A stretch of 64,000 nucleotides of DNA from Polyangiales bacterium. GTDB taxonomy: Bacteria > Myxococcota_A > Polyangia > Polyangiales > Polyangiaceae. The notes under the pieces were generated by a model. It had not been told where the DNA came from. It searched no databases and was given only the letters and a program-made list of their open reading frames with translations. The translations under genes were made by a program, and so were the position numbers. This document shows, in pieces, positions 19,501-30,355 of this stretch; position 1 is the stretch's first letter, and each line of letters starts with the position of its first letter. Where the stretch lies: NCBI GenBank assembly GCA_038230375.1, contig JBBRNJ010000001.1:192001-256000 (forward strand), given 5' to 3'.

Positions 19501-21372
19501 CTATTTGCACCAGGTGTCGCGCATCGACTTTGCGTTCAGGTCGATGATGTTCTGGCTGATGTTCTTGACCTTGAGCGTGGAGCGCTGGAGGCGCTCGCCC
19601 TCGTCGCACTTGCCCGCAAGCATCAGGCAGAGCACGCGCGTTGACGCGTAGCCCGAGCTGGCGTTGGTCGACTTCATCGCAGGGTCTGACTGCAGGCGGT
19701 CGAACGTGTCCATGTCGGCCACGCAGCTGCCATCCTTCTTCGCCACCTTCGCGGACGCCGCCGTGTGGGCTGCAGTCGCCGCTTCGCGATTCGCGGCGGT
19801 GCTGGCTTGTGCGACTGCCACGGGGTCTGCACCCAGCGCGTCCTTGCAGCGCGGCACGCTGGTGTTGAAGCTGGCGCGCATGTACGGCTCGGTGCCGGTC
19901 ACGGGATGGCCGTTGGTCTGACCGATCAGGACCTGGCCCTTCTTGTATGCGTCGAATGCGCTGGGGCAGTCACCGGCCTTCGCGAAGCACGCCGGGCCGT
20001 AGTGGGCGACGAAGTGCTGCGGGTCGGTCATCATCACGTCGTCCTCGTCCTTCGCCTTCACGGTCGACATGAGGCGAACGATCGTGTCCATGTTCTCCTT
20101 GCAGACCTGCGGCTCCTTCTTGCTGTTCGACGCCTCCATCAGCGTGGCGCGCGCCTTGAGGATCTGATCGCGTGGCGTGAGGGAACCGCCCTGGCACCAC
20201 CTACTGGCCATGGCGTCTGTCGCTGTGTCGATGCGCTCCGGGCTCGTGTCACCCCAGCTCTTCATGGCCTGACGGCGCCAGAGCGTCTTGCCGGCCGTGC
20301 ACTGGCCCGACACCATGAGGCACTGCGCGCGGATGACTGCGGTGTAGCCGCCCTCTGCGTTCGTGGAGAGGCCTGCGGGCCGCGGGTCCAGGCGGTCGTG
20401 CTGATCGAGATCCGAGATGCAGCCCTTGCCGTCCTTCGCATTCATCTTCACTGCAGCGGACTGCATGAGCGCGAGCGCCTTCTTCTCGCGGTCCGTCTCT
20501 GCCTTCAGCTTGCCCGCCAGGTTGAGCGACTCCGGGGTCTCCTCTGCCTGCGCCGCCTTGCCGTCCGGGTTTCCGCCATCGGTGACCGGACGGAGGGAGA
20601 GACGAATGGGCACCTTGCAGGTGTCGACCTCGCGCGCGCTGTCGCCTGCGCATGCAGATAGATCGCCGCCCCTCTTGTCCGCCTGTGTGGTGGACGACTT
20701 CTTCGCGCCGGCGCCGAAGCCGAAGTAGCTACCGCCGACCTCGCCGGCAAGCTTGCTCTTGGATGCAAGCGCGAACGCGCCCAGGTTGTAGCCGTACACG
20801 AAGTGCGTGGCCTCTGCGCATGCTGGGTTCTTCGAGAGGTCGCCCTTGTAGATCTTGTCGCGCGTCGAGTTGCGGGTGCCGCTGACGTAGTACTCCATGT
20901 GGAACTTCTCGCCGCTCTCGACGCGTGGAGCCAGCGTTGCGGCGCCGAGCGGAAGCTTCGCGTAGAGCTCGCCTTCATTCGCAACGTCCACGCTCTCCAC
21001 ACCACCGGACGTCCACGTGATGGGTTTGTACGCGCCGTAGGCACCCTTCATCGCGTCGTCCTTGCAGCCGTCCAGGACGTGCAGCTCGCATCCTTCGTAC
21101 TTCACCATGATGACGTCGCTGTCGCTGAAGGACTGGAACGACGACATGTCCGTTGCGTCCCACTCGATGATGAACGGTCGGGTGTGGTTCGCCGGGTCGC
21201 ACTTGTTCTTGCCAGCGAACGTCTTGCTCATCAACTTGCTCTGGCTGATCTCCGCGTCGTTCGGACCAGAGGCCGGCTTGCCGTTTCCCCCTCCACACGC
21301 TGCCGCGAAGAGCGACGCGAACGCGGTGACGGAGAAAGCGACAAGGGCCCGAGAGCGAGTGAGTTGCGTCAT
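19501..21372 (-). CDS. Cys-rich lipoprotein with helical/TPR-like C-terminus
   Basis: Lipobox AAAC; internal repeat KDGxC..D.D..DRL...STNA...R..CLM..G.C..G. Confidence 0.7.
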   Translation of the reverse strand: MTQLTRSRALVAFSVTAFASLFAAACGGGNGKPASGPNDAEISQSKLMSKTFAGKNKCDPANHTRPFIIEWDATDMSSFQSFSDSDVIMVKYEGCELHVLDGCKDDAMKGAYGAYKPITWTSGGVESVDVANEGELYAKLPLGAATLAPRVESGEKFHMEYYVSGTRNSTRDKIYKGDLSKNPACAEATHFVYGYNLGAFALASKSKLAGEVGGSYFGFGAGAKKSSTTQADKRGGDLSACAGDSAREVDTCKVPIRLSLRPVTDGGNPDGKAAQAEETPESLNLAGKLKAETDREKKALALMQSAAVKMNAKDGKGCISDLDQHDRLDPRPAGLSTNAEGGYTAVIRAQCLMVSGQCTAGKTLWRRQAMKSWGDTSPERIDTATDAMASRWCQGGSLTPRDQILKARATLMEASNSKKEPQVCKENMDTIVRLMSTVKAKDEDDVMMTDPQHFVAHYGPACFAKAGDCPSAFDAYKKGQVLIGQTNGHPVTGTEPYMRASFNTSVPRCKDALGADPVAVAQASTAANREAATAAHTAASAKVAKKDGSCVADMDTFDRLQSDPAMKSTNASSGYASTRVLCLMLAGKCDEGERLQRSTLKVKNISQNIIDLNAKSMRDTWCK

Positions 21373-21504
21373 GGTGCCCGCCCCCGAGCAAGAGCCCTGC
21401 CACCCCCCAAATCGCGCCAATTTCAGCCCCCGCCGCCACCCGCCGGAAAACAATTTCCGCGCCCCGCAAGCCAACCGGAAAGAACTTTCCGCGGCCCAAC
21501 CGAA

Positions 21505-21667
21505 GACGACCTCGACCTCGACCTCGACCACGACCACGACTTCGACTTCGACCTCGACGACGACATCGACATCGACCTCGACATCGACCTCGACATCGAC
21601 CTCGACTTCGACCTCGACTTCGACCTTGACCTCGACGACGACTTCGGCTTCGACCGCGACGACTTCG
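21505..21667 (+). repeat. Degenerate hexamer microsatellite (ACCTCG/ACTTCG/ACATCG)n
   Basis: Directly visible tandem array in an intergenic region. Confidence 0.9.
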
Positions 21668-21865
21668 GAAGCCAGACGGCTGGTGCGTCAGAGCAGTCGC
21701 CTCAGCCCGCACCTCGTCGCGAAAGCGACGTTGGCGATAGCCAAGGCGGGGAGGCTCGTCGGCGGAGCCGATGAGGGACCGTCAGGTCCACGCGACAAAA
21801 GAAGCCGATCGAGGCGACCCAAAAAGCCACCTCGATCCAGCCCAAAAACAACCTCGTACGCGGAT

Positions 21866-23176
21866 CTACGGCGAGCCGATCATGATGGGCATGTAGTGGT
21901 TCACGCCGTTGGAAGTGGAGACGATGGAGAGGAGCTCACCCTTCGTCTTGCCCTGCACGTTGGCCGTCACCGTGAGGTACGCCTTCTTGCCGTTCGCGCC
22001 AGAGGTCACGTCGAGCGAGAGGGTGAGGCGACCCTTCTGCGAGGTCCCCAGAGCGCCGCCCTCGACGGCCTTGATGGTCCAGTCCGCCATCTTGGCGTCG
22101 CTGTAGAAGCCAAGCGGGATGGTCTTGGTCTGACCGACCGGGATCTTGTAGCCCTTCGTCTTCTGCTTGCTGCCGCCCACGGCGCTGAGGTCCAGGTCGA
22201 TCGTCTCGAGGTCGAGCGGCGTCACGTTGAAGTACGTAGCATGCGCTGCCGGGACGCACGGATCGTGACCGGCCTTCGCTGACGCGTTCGACCACTGGCG
22301 CTGCACGACGAACGGGAAGTCCGTGGACGACGACATGGTGGAGTCACGATAGAACTCGCACGCGTCGCCGGTCTCGCTCTGGAACTGCTGGAAGAAATCC
22401 CATGCGACGTGATCGTTGTCGAAGCCGACGTACGCAGGGTTCGTCTGCGGGTAGGGATCCGTGACGGCCTCCACCAGCTCGTGCGATGCGGAGAGCGTGG
22501 TCTCGCCGAAGCCGGCGCCGCCGCACTGCGGGACAATCGCGTACGCGACGTCCTTGCCGTTGACGGTGGCGTTGCTGTGGTAGCCACCAACGCCCTGGCT
22601 ACACGCGTCCGATCCCTGGAGGATGAGGCTCGTGGTCGGCGCGAGGTAGAGGATGTACACGACGTCGCCAGTAGGCGCGGGCCAGCCGGACATCGGGTCG
22701 CCGACGTTCTTCACGACGAGTGCCTCGAGCTCGGTGTCAGCAAGGGTCGCAGGCGCGTCGGTGGTGATGCGGACGTGATGCGCGGCGCCACTGGTCGACG
22801 ACGACACGCCGTACTCGCTGGTGGTCGCCTTCCAGAAGGCCGTGGGTCCGAGCTCGTCGGCGAACTGCTCGAACTTGTCTGCGTTCGGGTCGCTGGACCA
22901 CGTGACCGTGGTGATCACCGGATTCGTGAGTACGGGCCCGCCGTTGTTCACGACCTGGCCAACCTCCGGGGTGAAGGCTGGGTACTTCTCGCTCGGCGCG
23001 CCGTGATCCGGTGCGGGGGTGGGGGTCGGTGTGGGTGTGGTCGAGCCGCCGCTTGTGGGGTCGGGGGTCGTCCCCGTCGTGTTGGCGTTGGGATCCGAGG
23101 TGGACGAGGTGGACCCACCGCAAGCGGCGATCACACCAGCAGCAACAACCAGGAACAGCGAGGAAACGGCTTTCAT
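21866..23176 (-). CDS. Lipoprotein with HExxE motif (Phi-1/EXORDIUM-like); paralog of 60256..61605
   Basis: Lipobox IAAC; GGYH, SHELVEAVTDP, ETGDAC. Confidence 0.7.
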   Translation of the reverse strand: MKAVSSLFLVVAAGVIAACGGSTSSTSDPNANTTGTTPDPTSGGSTTPTPTPTPAPDHGAPSEKYPAFTPEVGQVVNNGGPVLTNPVITTVTWSSDPNADKFEQFADELGPTAFWKATTSEYGVSSSTSGAAHHVRITTDAPATLADTELEALVVKNVGDPMSGWPAPTGDVVYILYLAPTTSLILQGSDACSQGVGGYHSNATVNGKDVAYAIVPQCGGAGFGETTLSASHELVEAVTDPYPQTNPAYVGFDNDHVAWDFFQQFQSETGDACEFYRDSTMSSSTDFPFVVQRQWSNASAKAGHDPCVPAAHATYFNVTPLDLETIDLDLSAVGGSKQKTKGYKIPVGQTKTIPLGFYSDAKMADWTIKAVEGGALGTSQKGRLTLSLDVTSGANGKKAYLTVTANVQGKTKGELLSIVSTSNGVNHYMPIMIGSP

Positions 23177-23342
23177 TGGCGCGCAAACTAGCAGCGCCGC
23201 AGTCCGTGTCCTGTGCCGCGTTTCGAGCACATCGTTGCCTGCTCGGAAAACGCAGTGCGTCGTTTTGTGGCCCAGACGGAAACAATCACTGAGGGTGTGC
23301 TTTCACCGGTGACGAAACCTGCGCGCCTATCGGTCGACAAGC

Positions 23343-24248
23343 TCACCTTCTTACATACACCGACACCGATCGCTCGCCCACGTCCTCCCAATAGTCGACG
23401 AGCGCGGAGATCACGTCGTCGCCGTGGGCGCGCACCACGCCGGTGATCTTCTCCATCTGCGCACGCAAGAGGTCGCGCTCCTCGTGGGTGTGGTTGACGA
23501 TCAAGAGCACGCCGCCATCGGCGAGGATCGACACGGCGTGGGCGAGCAGCGCCTCTGGTCTGTACTCGCTCACGGGCAAGCCCCATCGCAGCAACGCAAA
23601 GCGAGTCACGAACGGGTAGAAGATCGTCACCAACGTTGCGGGCACTCCGGGCGTGAGCTCCAGGAAGTCCTGCACGCAGTAACGGGCGGTGGTGCCTGCG
23701 AGTGCGGCCCACGCAGCTGCGTGATCTGCGCGCGAGCGGAGATCCTTGTAGACTACATGTCCGTCGATCTCCACGCCGGTCAGCGCGGGCGGCCCCTCCG
23801 ACCAGTGCTCCGCGAATGCGAAGAGCGCTGGCGCGTAGACGAAGTCCTTGCTGCCCACATCCACGACGGAGGCGGCCTTCACGCGGGTGAGCTGCGCGGT
23901 CGCGTGCCTGTCGAGCAGGTCCAGCACGTACAGGTTCTCTCTCATCGCAACGCGCGTGGAGTGCTCGCGCAGACGCGTGAGACCGTAGGCATGCACGAGC
24001 TCCTCGGCCCGTGCCTCAGCCTTCATCCGCGCCGCGCCTTCCAGGTATGCGAACAGCGCGTCCTTCGGCTCGTTCGGCAGCGTGGGTGCGCCGCGCGAGA
24101 ACCCGAGCGCTCGCCGCAGCGCAAACCGAACGCGATTGACCGGCGCGAACGCGACCGTGAGCGCGCTGATGTCCATCACACGATCACCGAGCCACGCACG
24201 CAGCACCAGGATGGCGACGAGCGCGCCCGCGAGGACGTACAGGGTCAT
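23343..24248 (-). CDS. SAM-dependent methyltransferase-like protein
   Basis: VVDVGS motif I, GVEID motif II, DFL. Confidence 0.6.
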   Translation of the reverse strand: MTLYVLAGALVAILVLRAWLGDRVMDISALTVAFAPVNRVRFALRRALGFSRGAPTLPNEPKDALFAYLEGAARMKAEARAEELVHAYGLTRLREHSTRVAMRENLYVLDLLDRHATAQLTRVKAASVVDVGSKDFVYAPALFAFAEHWSEGPPALTGVEIDGHVVYKDLRSRADHAAAWAALAGTTARYCVQDFLELTPGVPATLVTIFYPFVTRFALLRWGLPVSEYRPEALLAHAVSILADGGVLLIVNHTHEERDLLRAQMEKITGVVRAHGDDVISALVDYWEDVGERSVSVYVRR

Positions 24249-24265
24249 GCGTCGGCTCGAAGCCC

Positions 24266-26731
24266 CTACATCTTCACGCGCGCGGACGTCGGATCGTAGA
24301 GCGGCTTCATGGAGAGCGACGCGGGGTAGAGCTTCCCCGCGATCTCCACCTCCCACGTTCCTTTCTCCAGGTACGCAGAGTCCACCACGTCCGTGCCGCC
24401 TTCGATCATGGCAAGGCCCACGGCGCCGCCCACGGTGAAGCCATAGGACGCAGCGCGGATATAACCCTTCGGCTTTCCGTCGCGCCGGATCACCTCTGCG
24501 TGGAACATGAGCGGCTTCGGATCGCCGAGCTTCACCTGCACGATGCGGCGCTTCAGCGGGCCCTCCGCCTTCTTCGCCACCACGGCGTCCTTGCCAATGA
24601 AGCCGTCCGGCTTCTTCAGATCGACCGCGAAGCCAAGGCCAGCCTCCAGCACGGAGTCCGTGTTGTCGATGTCGTGACCGTAGTCGCGGTAGCCCTTCTC
24701 CATGCGGAGGCTGGCGAGAGCCTTCAGGCCGGCGTGGCGCAGACCCACGTCCTTGCCGGCCGCCGTGATGCGATCGTAGACGTGCGTCGCTTGCTCGGCA
24801 GGCACGTAGAGCTCGTAGCCAAGCTCACCCAGATACGTGATGCGCACGCAGAGCGCGCGCGCGAAGCCAATGTCTATTTCCTTCGCTGCGCGGAACGGGA
24901 AGGCCTCGTTTGCCAGGTCGGTACCGGTGATTTTCTGGAGCAGCTCGCGCGAGCGCGGGCCCTGCACGTTGATCTGCGCGTAGCCCGACGTCACGTCCGA
25001 CACGAAGGCGTGCGCGTTCGCCTCTGCGATGTGGCGCTTCATCCACGTGTGCACATGGCGGTGCGCGGTGTCGCTGGCGACTACCCAGTACCGATCCTCG
25101 TCGAGCTTGGTGACAGTGAGGTCCGCCTCGAGCTTGCCCAGGTGATTGAGCCACTGCGTGTACGTGATCATCCCGTCGTGGGTGGCCACGTCGTTCGCGG
25201 AGATCTGGTTCAGGATGCGTCCGGCGTCTCTCCCCTCGACCAGGAACTTCGCCATGAACGACATGTCCATGAGGATGACGCCCTCGCGGCAGGCCTTGTG
25301 CTCCGCCTCCCAGTAGGAGAACCAGTGGCCGCGTCCCCACGTGAGATTCGGTGTCTCCACAGGCTCGCCCTTCGGCGTGTACCAGTCCGCGCCCTCCCAG
25401 CCGCTGACGTCCTTGAAGTACGCGCCCTCTGCCGCGAGGCGGTCGTAGATGGGGGACTTCTTGGAACCGCGTGCAGTCTGCATGGATCGCGTGGGATAGT
25501 GGCACTGGTAGACCATGCCCAGCGACTCCACCGTGCGCGTGCGCCGGTACTCCGGGTTCGCCTGGTAGGTGTGCAGGCGGTCGATGTTCATGCCCGTCAC
25601 GTCCATGTCGGGCCGGCCGTTGATTATCCAGTGCGCGAGCATGCGCCCCAGGCCACCGCCCGTGAGGATGCCGATCGAGTTGAGGCCCGCGGCCACGAAG
25701 TAGTTCTTCAGCTCTGGCGACTCACCGACGACGGGCGCGAGATCCGGGGTGAAGCTCTCCGGTCCACAGAAGAACTTCTTCACGCCGACCTCGAGCGCGA
25801 TCGGCACGCGGCTCATCGCGCGCTCCACGTAGGGCCCCATGCGATCCCAGTCCGGCGTGATCTCGCCGAACGAGAAATCCTGCGGGATTCCTTCCACGCG
25901 CCATGGCGCGCAGATCGGCTCGAAGAGGCCGATCATCAACCCGCCGACCTCTTCGCGGTAGTAGCCGTGGCGCGCGGGATCCTCCAGCACGGGGAACGAC
26001 TGCGAGAGCCCGGGGACCTTGTCCGTGATCAGATAGTAGTGCTCGGCCGCCTGGAGCGGGATGTTCACGCCCGACAGCGCGCCCAGCTCACGCGCCCACA
26101 TGCCTGCGCAGTTGACGACCACGTCGCACGTGATCTCGCCGTAGGGGGTGACCACCGCGGACACGGCGCCGTTCTTCTTCTTCACGCCGAGCGCGGGCAC
26201 GTTCTCCAGGATGGTGGCGCCCTGCATGCGCGCGCCCTTCGCGAGCGCCATGGTGGCGTCCACGGGGTTCGCGCGGCCGTCCTCCTTCACGTAGAAGCCC
26301 GCGAGGAGATCATCGGTTTCCGCCAGAGGGAACAGATCCTTGATCTCCTTCGGCGAGATCTCGTGCACGTCCACGCCGCAGTAGCGGTTGAACGCAGACA
26401 CGCGGCGGTACTCCTCGAGCCGATCCTCGTCGCCTGCGACCTCGATGAAGCCCACGGGCAAGAAGCCGCTGGTGAGCCCCGTCTCCGCCTCGAGACGCGT
26501 GTAGAGATCGCGCGTGTACTTTCGCATCTCCGTGGAGGTCTCGCTCGTGGAGCCGAACGTGACCATGAGGCCGGCGGCGTGCCACGTGGTGCCCGACGTG
26601 AGCTTGTCGCGCTCGAGCAGGACCACGTCCTTCACGCCCATGTGAGCCAGGTGGTACGCGACGCTGGTGCCGATGATGCCGCCGCCGATGACGACGACGC
26701 GCGCTTGCGAAGGAATCTTGGGCTCGCTCAT
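24266..26731 (-). CDS. Dimethylglycine/sarcosine dehydrogenase-like FAD oxidoreductase with GcvT domain
   Basis: GGGIIG, SGTTWHAAGL, PESFTPD, ELGYE, LRMEKGY. Confidence 0.9.
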   Translation of the reverse strand: MSEPKIPSQARVVVIGGGIIGTSVAYHLAHMGVKDVVLLERDKLTSGTTWHAAGLMVTFGSTSETSTEMRKYTRDLYTRLEAETGLTSGFLPVGFIEVAGDEDRLEEYRRVSAFNRYCGVDVHEISPKEIKDLFPLAETDDLLAGFYVKEDGRANPVDATMALAKGARMQGATILENVPALGVKKKNGAVSAVVTPYGEITCDVVVNCAGMWARELGALSGVNIPLQAAEHYYLITDKVPGLSQSFPVLEDPARHGYYREEVGGLMIGLFEPICAPWRVEGIPQDFSFGEITPDWDRMGPYVERAMSRVPIALEVGVKKFFCGPESFTPDLAPVVGESPELKNYFVAAGLNSIGILTGGGLGRMLAHWIINGRPDMDVTGMNIDRLHTYQANPEYRRTRTVESLGMVYQCHYPTRSMQTARGSKKSPIYDRLAAEGAYFKDVSGWEGADWYTPKGEPVETPNLTWGRGHWFSYWEAEHKACREGVILMDMSFMAKFLVEGRDAGRILNQISANDVATHDGMITYTQWLNHLGKLEADLTVTKLDEDRYWVVASDTAHRHVHTWMKRHIAEANAHAFVSDVTSGYAQINVQGPRSRELLQKITGTDLANEAFPFRAAKEIDIGFARALCVRITYLGELGYELYVPAEQATHVYDRITAAGKDVGLRHAGLKALASLRMEKGYRDYGHDIDNTDSVLEAGLGFAVDLKKPDGFIGKDAVVAKKAEGPLKRRIVQVKLGDPKPLMFHAEVIRRDGKPKGYIRAASYGFTVGGAVGLAMIEGGTDVVDSAYLEKGTWEVEIAGKLYPASLSMKPLYDPTSARVKM

Positions 26732-26733
26732 GC

Positions 26734-27951
26734 TCAGTCCTTCCGGCAAAGCGGCGCGCCTTCACTCTTCGCGCCAGCGAAGGCGGCACACTCGTGATCG
26801 CCGGAGGAGACCGCGGCGTGCGCGCTGTTCTTGAAGGTGATGTTCGCCACCGAAAGGCCTTTTGCGTCCTTCACGTTCCAGCCATAGAACGTGATGGCGG
26901 CCGAGGAGGAGTTGCCCTCGCCTGCGTACTCGATGGTGGCTCCCTTGAGATCCACGACGCTCGCGTGCTGGTAGATGAAGATGCCCGACCAGTCGCCCAC
27001 GTTCGGGGTCGCGTTCGAGCTGGTGAAGGTGACGCCAGGCGCGACCAGGCTGCCGCCGCTCTTGTCGCCAACGCCAAAGTAGTGCCCGCCAGAGACCTTC
27101 ACGATCGTGCCGGGAGCAATGGAAAGCTTGGGTGCGGAGCGCTCCCCCTGGATGTTGATGTTGTCGTCCACGATCACGGGGACGCCGAACGCGGGCCATG
27201 TCGTGTCTTCGTCCACCTCACCTCGCGCGACGATCGGGTCGGAGAAGACATTGCCTGCGCCGACCGTGCCGAGCACCTTGGCGTGCGCGATGAGCGAAGT
27301 CTTGTTCTTCTCGAACTTGTTGCCAGTGAACTTGGCGAAGCCGCCCTTGCTGCTGTCGTTGGTGATCGCGGCCTGGTCGTTGTTGGAGAACGTGCAGTTC
27401 ACGACGGACACGCGCCCAGCAGAGTGTTGATCGCGGATGTCGAGCACGGCGTGCCCATCGTTGACAGTGGCACCGCCGTACTCGAACTTCACGTGCTCGA
27501 ACGTGGTGCCCGCGCCTGTCTTGTCCATCAGGAAGACTGCCGACCAGTCGCCGGGCGCGCGCGTGGCGTTCCCTGACGTGAAGACGATGGGCTCCTTTTC
27601 GGTGCCCTTCGCGACGATCTTTCCGTCCGAGAGCTGGACGTAGATTCCCTGCGACATGACCATCTTCACGCCCGGCTCGATGATGAGCGTGCCGTTCTCG
27701 GTGATGTTGATGTGGTTCGTGACCTTCACGGTGCAACCCTTCTTCAGCGTGACGGTCCCCTTCAGGTCGCCTTCCGGGAGCGTGCATCCAGAAGCGTTCA
27801 CTGGCTTGTCCGTCTCTGCAGGAGCCGAACCTCCGCCGGTGCCGGTGCCGCTGTTCGTCTCGGTCGTCCCGGGGTCGTCCTTCTTCTTGAGAAGACCGCA
27901 ACCGGTGATGAGCGAGAGCGTGATCAGGCTGACGATGATGCGCGTTTTCAT
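26734..27951 (-). CDS. Right-handed beta-helix lipoprotein
   Basis: Lipobox ITGC; LIIEPGV, PIVFTS, PGDW repeats. Confidence 0.75.
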   Translation of the reverse strand: MKTRIIVSLITLSLITGCGLLKKKDDPGTTETNSGTGTGGGSAPAETDKPVNASGCTLPEGDLKGTVTLKKGCTVKVTNHINITENGTLIIEPGVKMVMSQGIYVQLSDGKIVAKGTEKEPIVFTSGNATRAPGDWSAVFLMDKTGAGTTFEHVKFEYGGATVNDGHAVLDIRDQHSAGRVSVVNCTFSNNDQAAITNDSSKGGFAKFTGNKFEKNKTSLIAHAKVLGTVGAGNVFSDPIVARGEVDEDTTWPAFGVPVIVDDNINIQGERSAPKLSIAPGTIVKVSGGHYFGVGDKSGGSLVAPGVTFTSSNATPNVGDWSGIFIYQHASVVDLKGATIEYAGEGNSSSAAITFYGWNVKDAKGLSVANITFKNSAHAAVSSGDHECAAFAGAKSEGAPLCRKD

Positions 27952-28038
27952 GGACCCGCGAGTCTTTCCGGAGCGGAACAAAACGTCAAGCACGAGACTT
28001 CCCCGGCGGGCTTTCGCTGCCTCTATCCTCCCTTCGTG

Positions 28039-28647
28039 ATGGCCTCGTTCTGGGAGTGGGTGGGCGAGAAGGTGGGCTACGGTCTGGCCGCAGTCGTCCT
28101 TGGTCCCGGCGCGCTGGTGGAGCGAAAGGCGAGGCGTGAGTCGAGGCGCGCGATGTTGCGGTTCGTCGCGGAGCGCGGGCCCATCGTGTTCGAATCTCCG
28201 GCGCGGGACACGTTGCGCCGCGGAGGAAGGCTCATGGTCTGTGGCGAGCCGCTCGACATCGAGCTCACCCTCGATCTGCGTGCACGGAAGGCGACGATGA
28301 GCACCGCCATCGAGTCGTTGCCAAAAGCGTTCGGCGCGCGGGTGAGCAGCGGGCTCGGAGAGCTCCACGGCCTGCGCTACCGATTGCCAGAGCCCAGAGC
28401 GATCTCGGGGACCATCCGCGTCGACTCCGAGGACATCGACGCCAACGCAGCAAACGAGCTCCTCCAGCAGGTGACGAAGAGCCCGCTCGGCCAGTGCCCT
28501 GTCTTCGAGCTGACTCTGCAGGAGGGTCGGCTGCAGCTCCTGGTCGTAGCACCGCGGACCGAGCTGGAATGGACCGGGCTCGGCATCACCGTCATCGCGC
28601 TCTCGACGTGGAGCACGTCGAAGTGGCGCGCGTCCTACCGCGGCTGA
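28039..28647 (+). CDS. Hypothetical protein
   Basis: Likely start MASFWEWVG; ends in a YR motif common in myxobacterial proteins. Confidence 0.55.
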   Translation: MASFWEWVGEKVGYGLAAVVLGPGALVERKARRESRRAMLRFVAERGPIVFESPARDTLRRGGRLMVCGEPLDIELTLDLRARKATMSTAIESLPKAFGARVSSGLGELHGLRYRLPEPRAISGTIRVDSEDIDANAANELLQQVTKSPLGQCPVFELTLQEGRLQLLVVAPRTELEWTGLGITVIALSTWSTSKWRASYRG

Positions 28648-28686
28648 CACCACGGCTTCCAGGTCGGCTAACATCTCGCCGGCGAC

Positions 28687-29181
28687 ATGCCGCTAGAACG
28701 CGCGTTTTTGGACGACTGCCCGTACCTCGAAGAAGGGCTCCTCATCGACGAGATCCTGGAGATCCGCAAGGACGACGGGTTCGTCTCCGTGTCGATGCCC
28801 ACGCATGCGGACCTGCCGATCACGCGTACGCAACGCGCGCACCCCGTCCGGCACCCGCGGCATGTCTCTGGCGGGCTCATGGTGCACATGACCGGGATGG
28901 TCGCGTTCGTGCACGCGTACTACGTGCTCGGGCTCCGTCATGCAGATGGCTGGGTCGGGTATGGTGCGCGCATCTCGAGCGCGCGCTTCCATGCGCTCGC
29001 ACGGCCCGGCGATCCGCTCACGCTCACGTGCAAGCCGACGCAGCTGCGACGCGGCGCGAAGACCGTGCTGGCGCGCTACGATTTTCGCTTCTTCCAGAAG
29101 GAGACGCTGGTCTACCAGGGCGACCAGACCGCGCTGTGGACGCGCATCGAAGAGGGGGCGATGCCTCCCGAGGCGAGGTAG
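28687..29181 (+). CDS. Hot-dog fold (FabZ/FabA-like) protein
   Basis: PY..LLIDEI, ARF...ARPGD.L motifs. Confidence 0.7.
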   Translation: MPLERAFLDDCPYLEEGLLIDEILEIRKDDGFVSVSMPTHADLPITRTQRAHPVRHPRHVSGGLMVHMTGMVAFVHAYYVLGLRHADGWVGYGARISSARFHALARPGDPLTLTCKPTQLRRGAKTVLARYDFRFFQKETLVYQGDQTALWTRIEEGAMPPEAR

Positions 29182-29196
29182 AATCGGACAGCAGCC

Positions 29197-30144
29197 GTGC
29201 CGCCGAAGAAGCCACAGACCATGCGCGAGGCCCTGCTCGCGGCTGCACGCGCCAAGGTGGGCACCATGCTCGAGGGCCGCTGGCAGCTCGACGACGTGAT
29301 CGCCATGGGCGGAATGGCCGCGGTGTTTGCCGCGAAGGATCGCGATGGTTCGCTCGTCGCGGTGAAGATGCTCCTTCCGCAGTTTGCTGCCGTGGGATCG
29401 ATCCGGAAGCGCTTCACGCGCGAGGCGTACGTGGCCAACACGATCGATCACCCGGGCGTCGTGACGATCCTGGCCGACGCGAAGGGTGACGATGGGTCCG
29501 TATTCTTGGTGATGGAGCTGCTGGGGGGCGAGTCCATGGAGACGCTGCTCCGCCGTTCGGGCGGCAGGTTGCCAGCGCCCGACGTGCTCGCGTTCGCGGA
29601 CCAGACGCTGTCCGTGCTGGAGGTCGCACACGCGAAGGGCATCATCCATCGCGACCTCAAGCCCACGAACCTGTTCATCACGCCGGAGGGCCAGATCAAG
29701 ATCCTGGATTTCGGGCTGGCGCGGCTCGACTCCGCCGGCGCAACACCGACAGCCGCAGGCCTGGTGCTGGGGACCACGGCGTACATGCCGCCCGAGCAAG
29801 CCATGGGCCTGCCCGATCAGATCGACGCGCGCAGCGACGTCTTCACGATGGGCGCGCTCATGTTCCGCACGCTCTCGGGCCGGTACATCCGCGAACAGAT
29901 GAAGGGCGACGATCGTCTGATGGCTGCGATGCTGGAGCCAGCGCCCACGCTGCACTCGGTGATGCCGGAGGCGCCCGCGCCGCTCGCCGCGCTCGTCGAT
30001 CGCGCGCTCGCGTTCTCGCGAAACGATCGCTTCGCGACGGCGGCAGACATGCGTGCCGGAGTCCTTGCAGTCTACGCCACGCTCTTCTCCGAGTTCGAGC
30101 CCGACAGCCCGCTCAGCACGCGAAGCTTCGGCCACGGCACCTGA
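29197..30144 (+). CDS. Ser/Thr protein kinase
   Basis: GGMAAV, VAVK, HRDLKPTN, DFG, YMPPEQ. Confidence 0.92.
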   Translation: MPPKKPQTMREALLAAARAKVGTMLEGRWQLDDVIAMGGMAAVFAAKDRDGSLVAVKMLLPQFAAVGSIRKRFTREAYVANTIDHPGVVTILADAKGDDGSVFLVMELLGGESMETLLRRSGGRLPAPDVLAFADQTLSVLEVAHAKGIIHRDLKPTNLFITPEGQIKILDFGLARLDSAGATPTAAGLVLGTTAYMPPEQAMGLPDQIDARSDVFTMGALMFRTLSGRYIREQMKGDDRLMAAMLEPAPTLHSVMPEAPAPLAALVDRALAFSRNDRFATAADMRAGVLAVYATLFSEFEPDSPLSTRSFGHGT

Positions 30145-30237
30145 GACGACGGGAAACGGGGCCGCCAGACAACTATTGCGTTTGTCGCATCAATGCCGAC
30201 GCACCCGCCTACCGCGTTTGTTCGCGCACCTATTTTC

Positions 30238-30266
30238 TTGACCGATGGCCAAGGATCGCTCATAAC
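30238..30266 (+). promoter_or_regulatory. Sigma70-like promoter of the tRNA/Ro60 operon
   Basis: TTGACC-17 bp-CATAAC preceded by an AT-rich tract. Confidence 0.55.
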
Positions 30267-30355
30267 GTGAATCGAACGAGCGAGCGATACGTCTCTCGTT
30301 CGTCCAGAAACCGAGGCATCGCCCCAGCAACACGCTGGTCCGCTGTCACCCCAAC

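Noticed and set aside
21062..22282. Long ORFs through the hexamer repeat (poly-TS, DL, RG frames)
   Set aside because: Openness is explained by the stop-free repeat and antisense overlap with real genes
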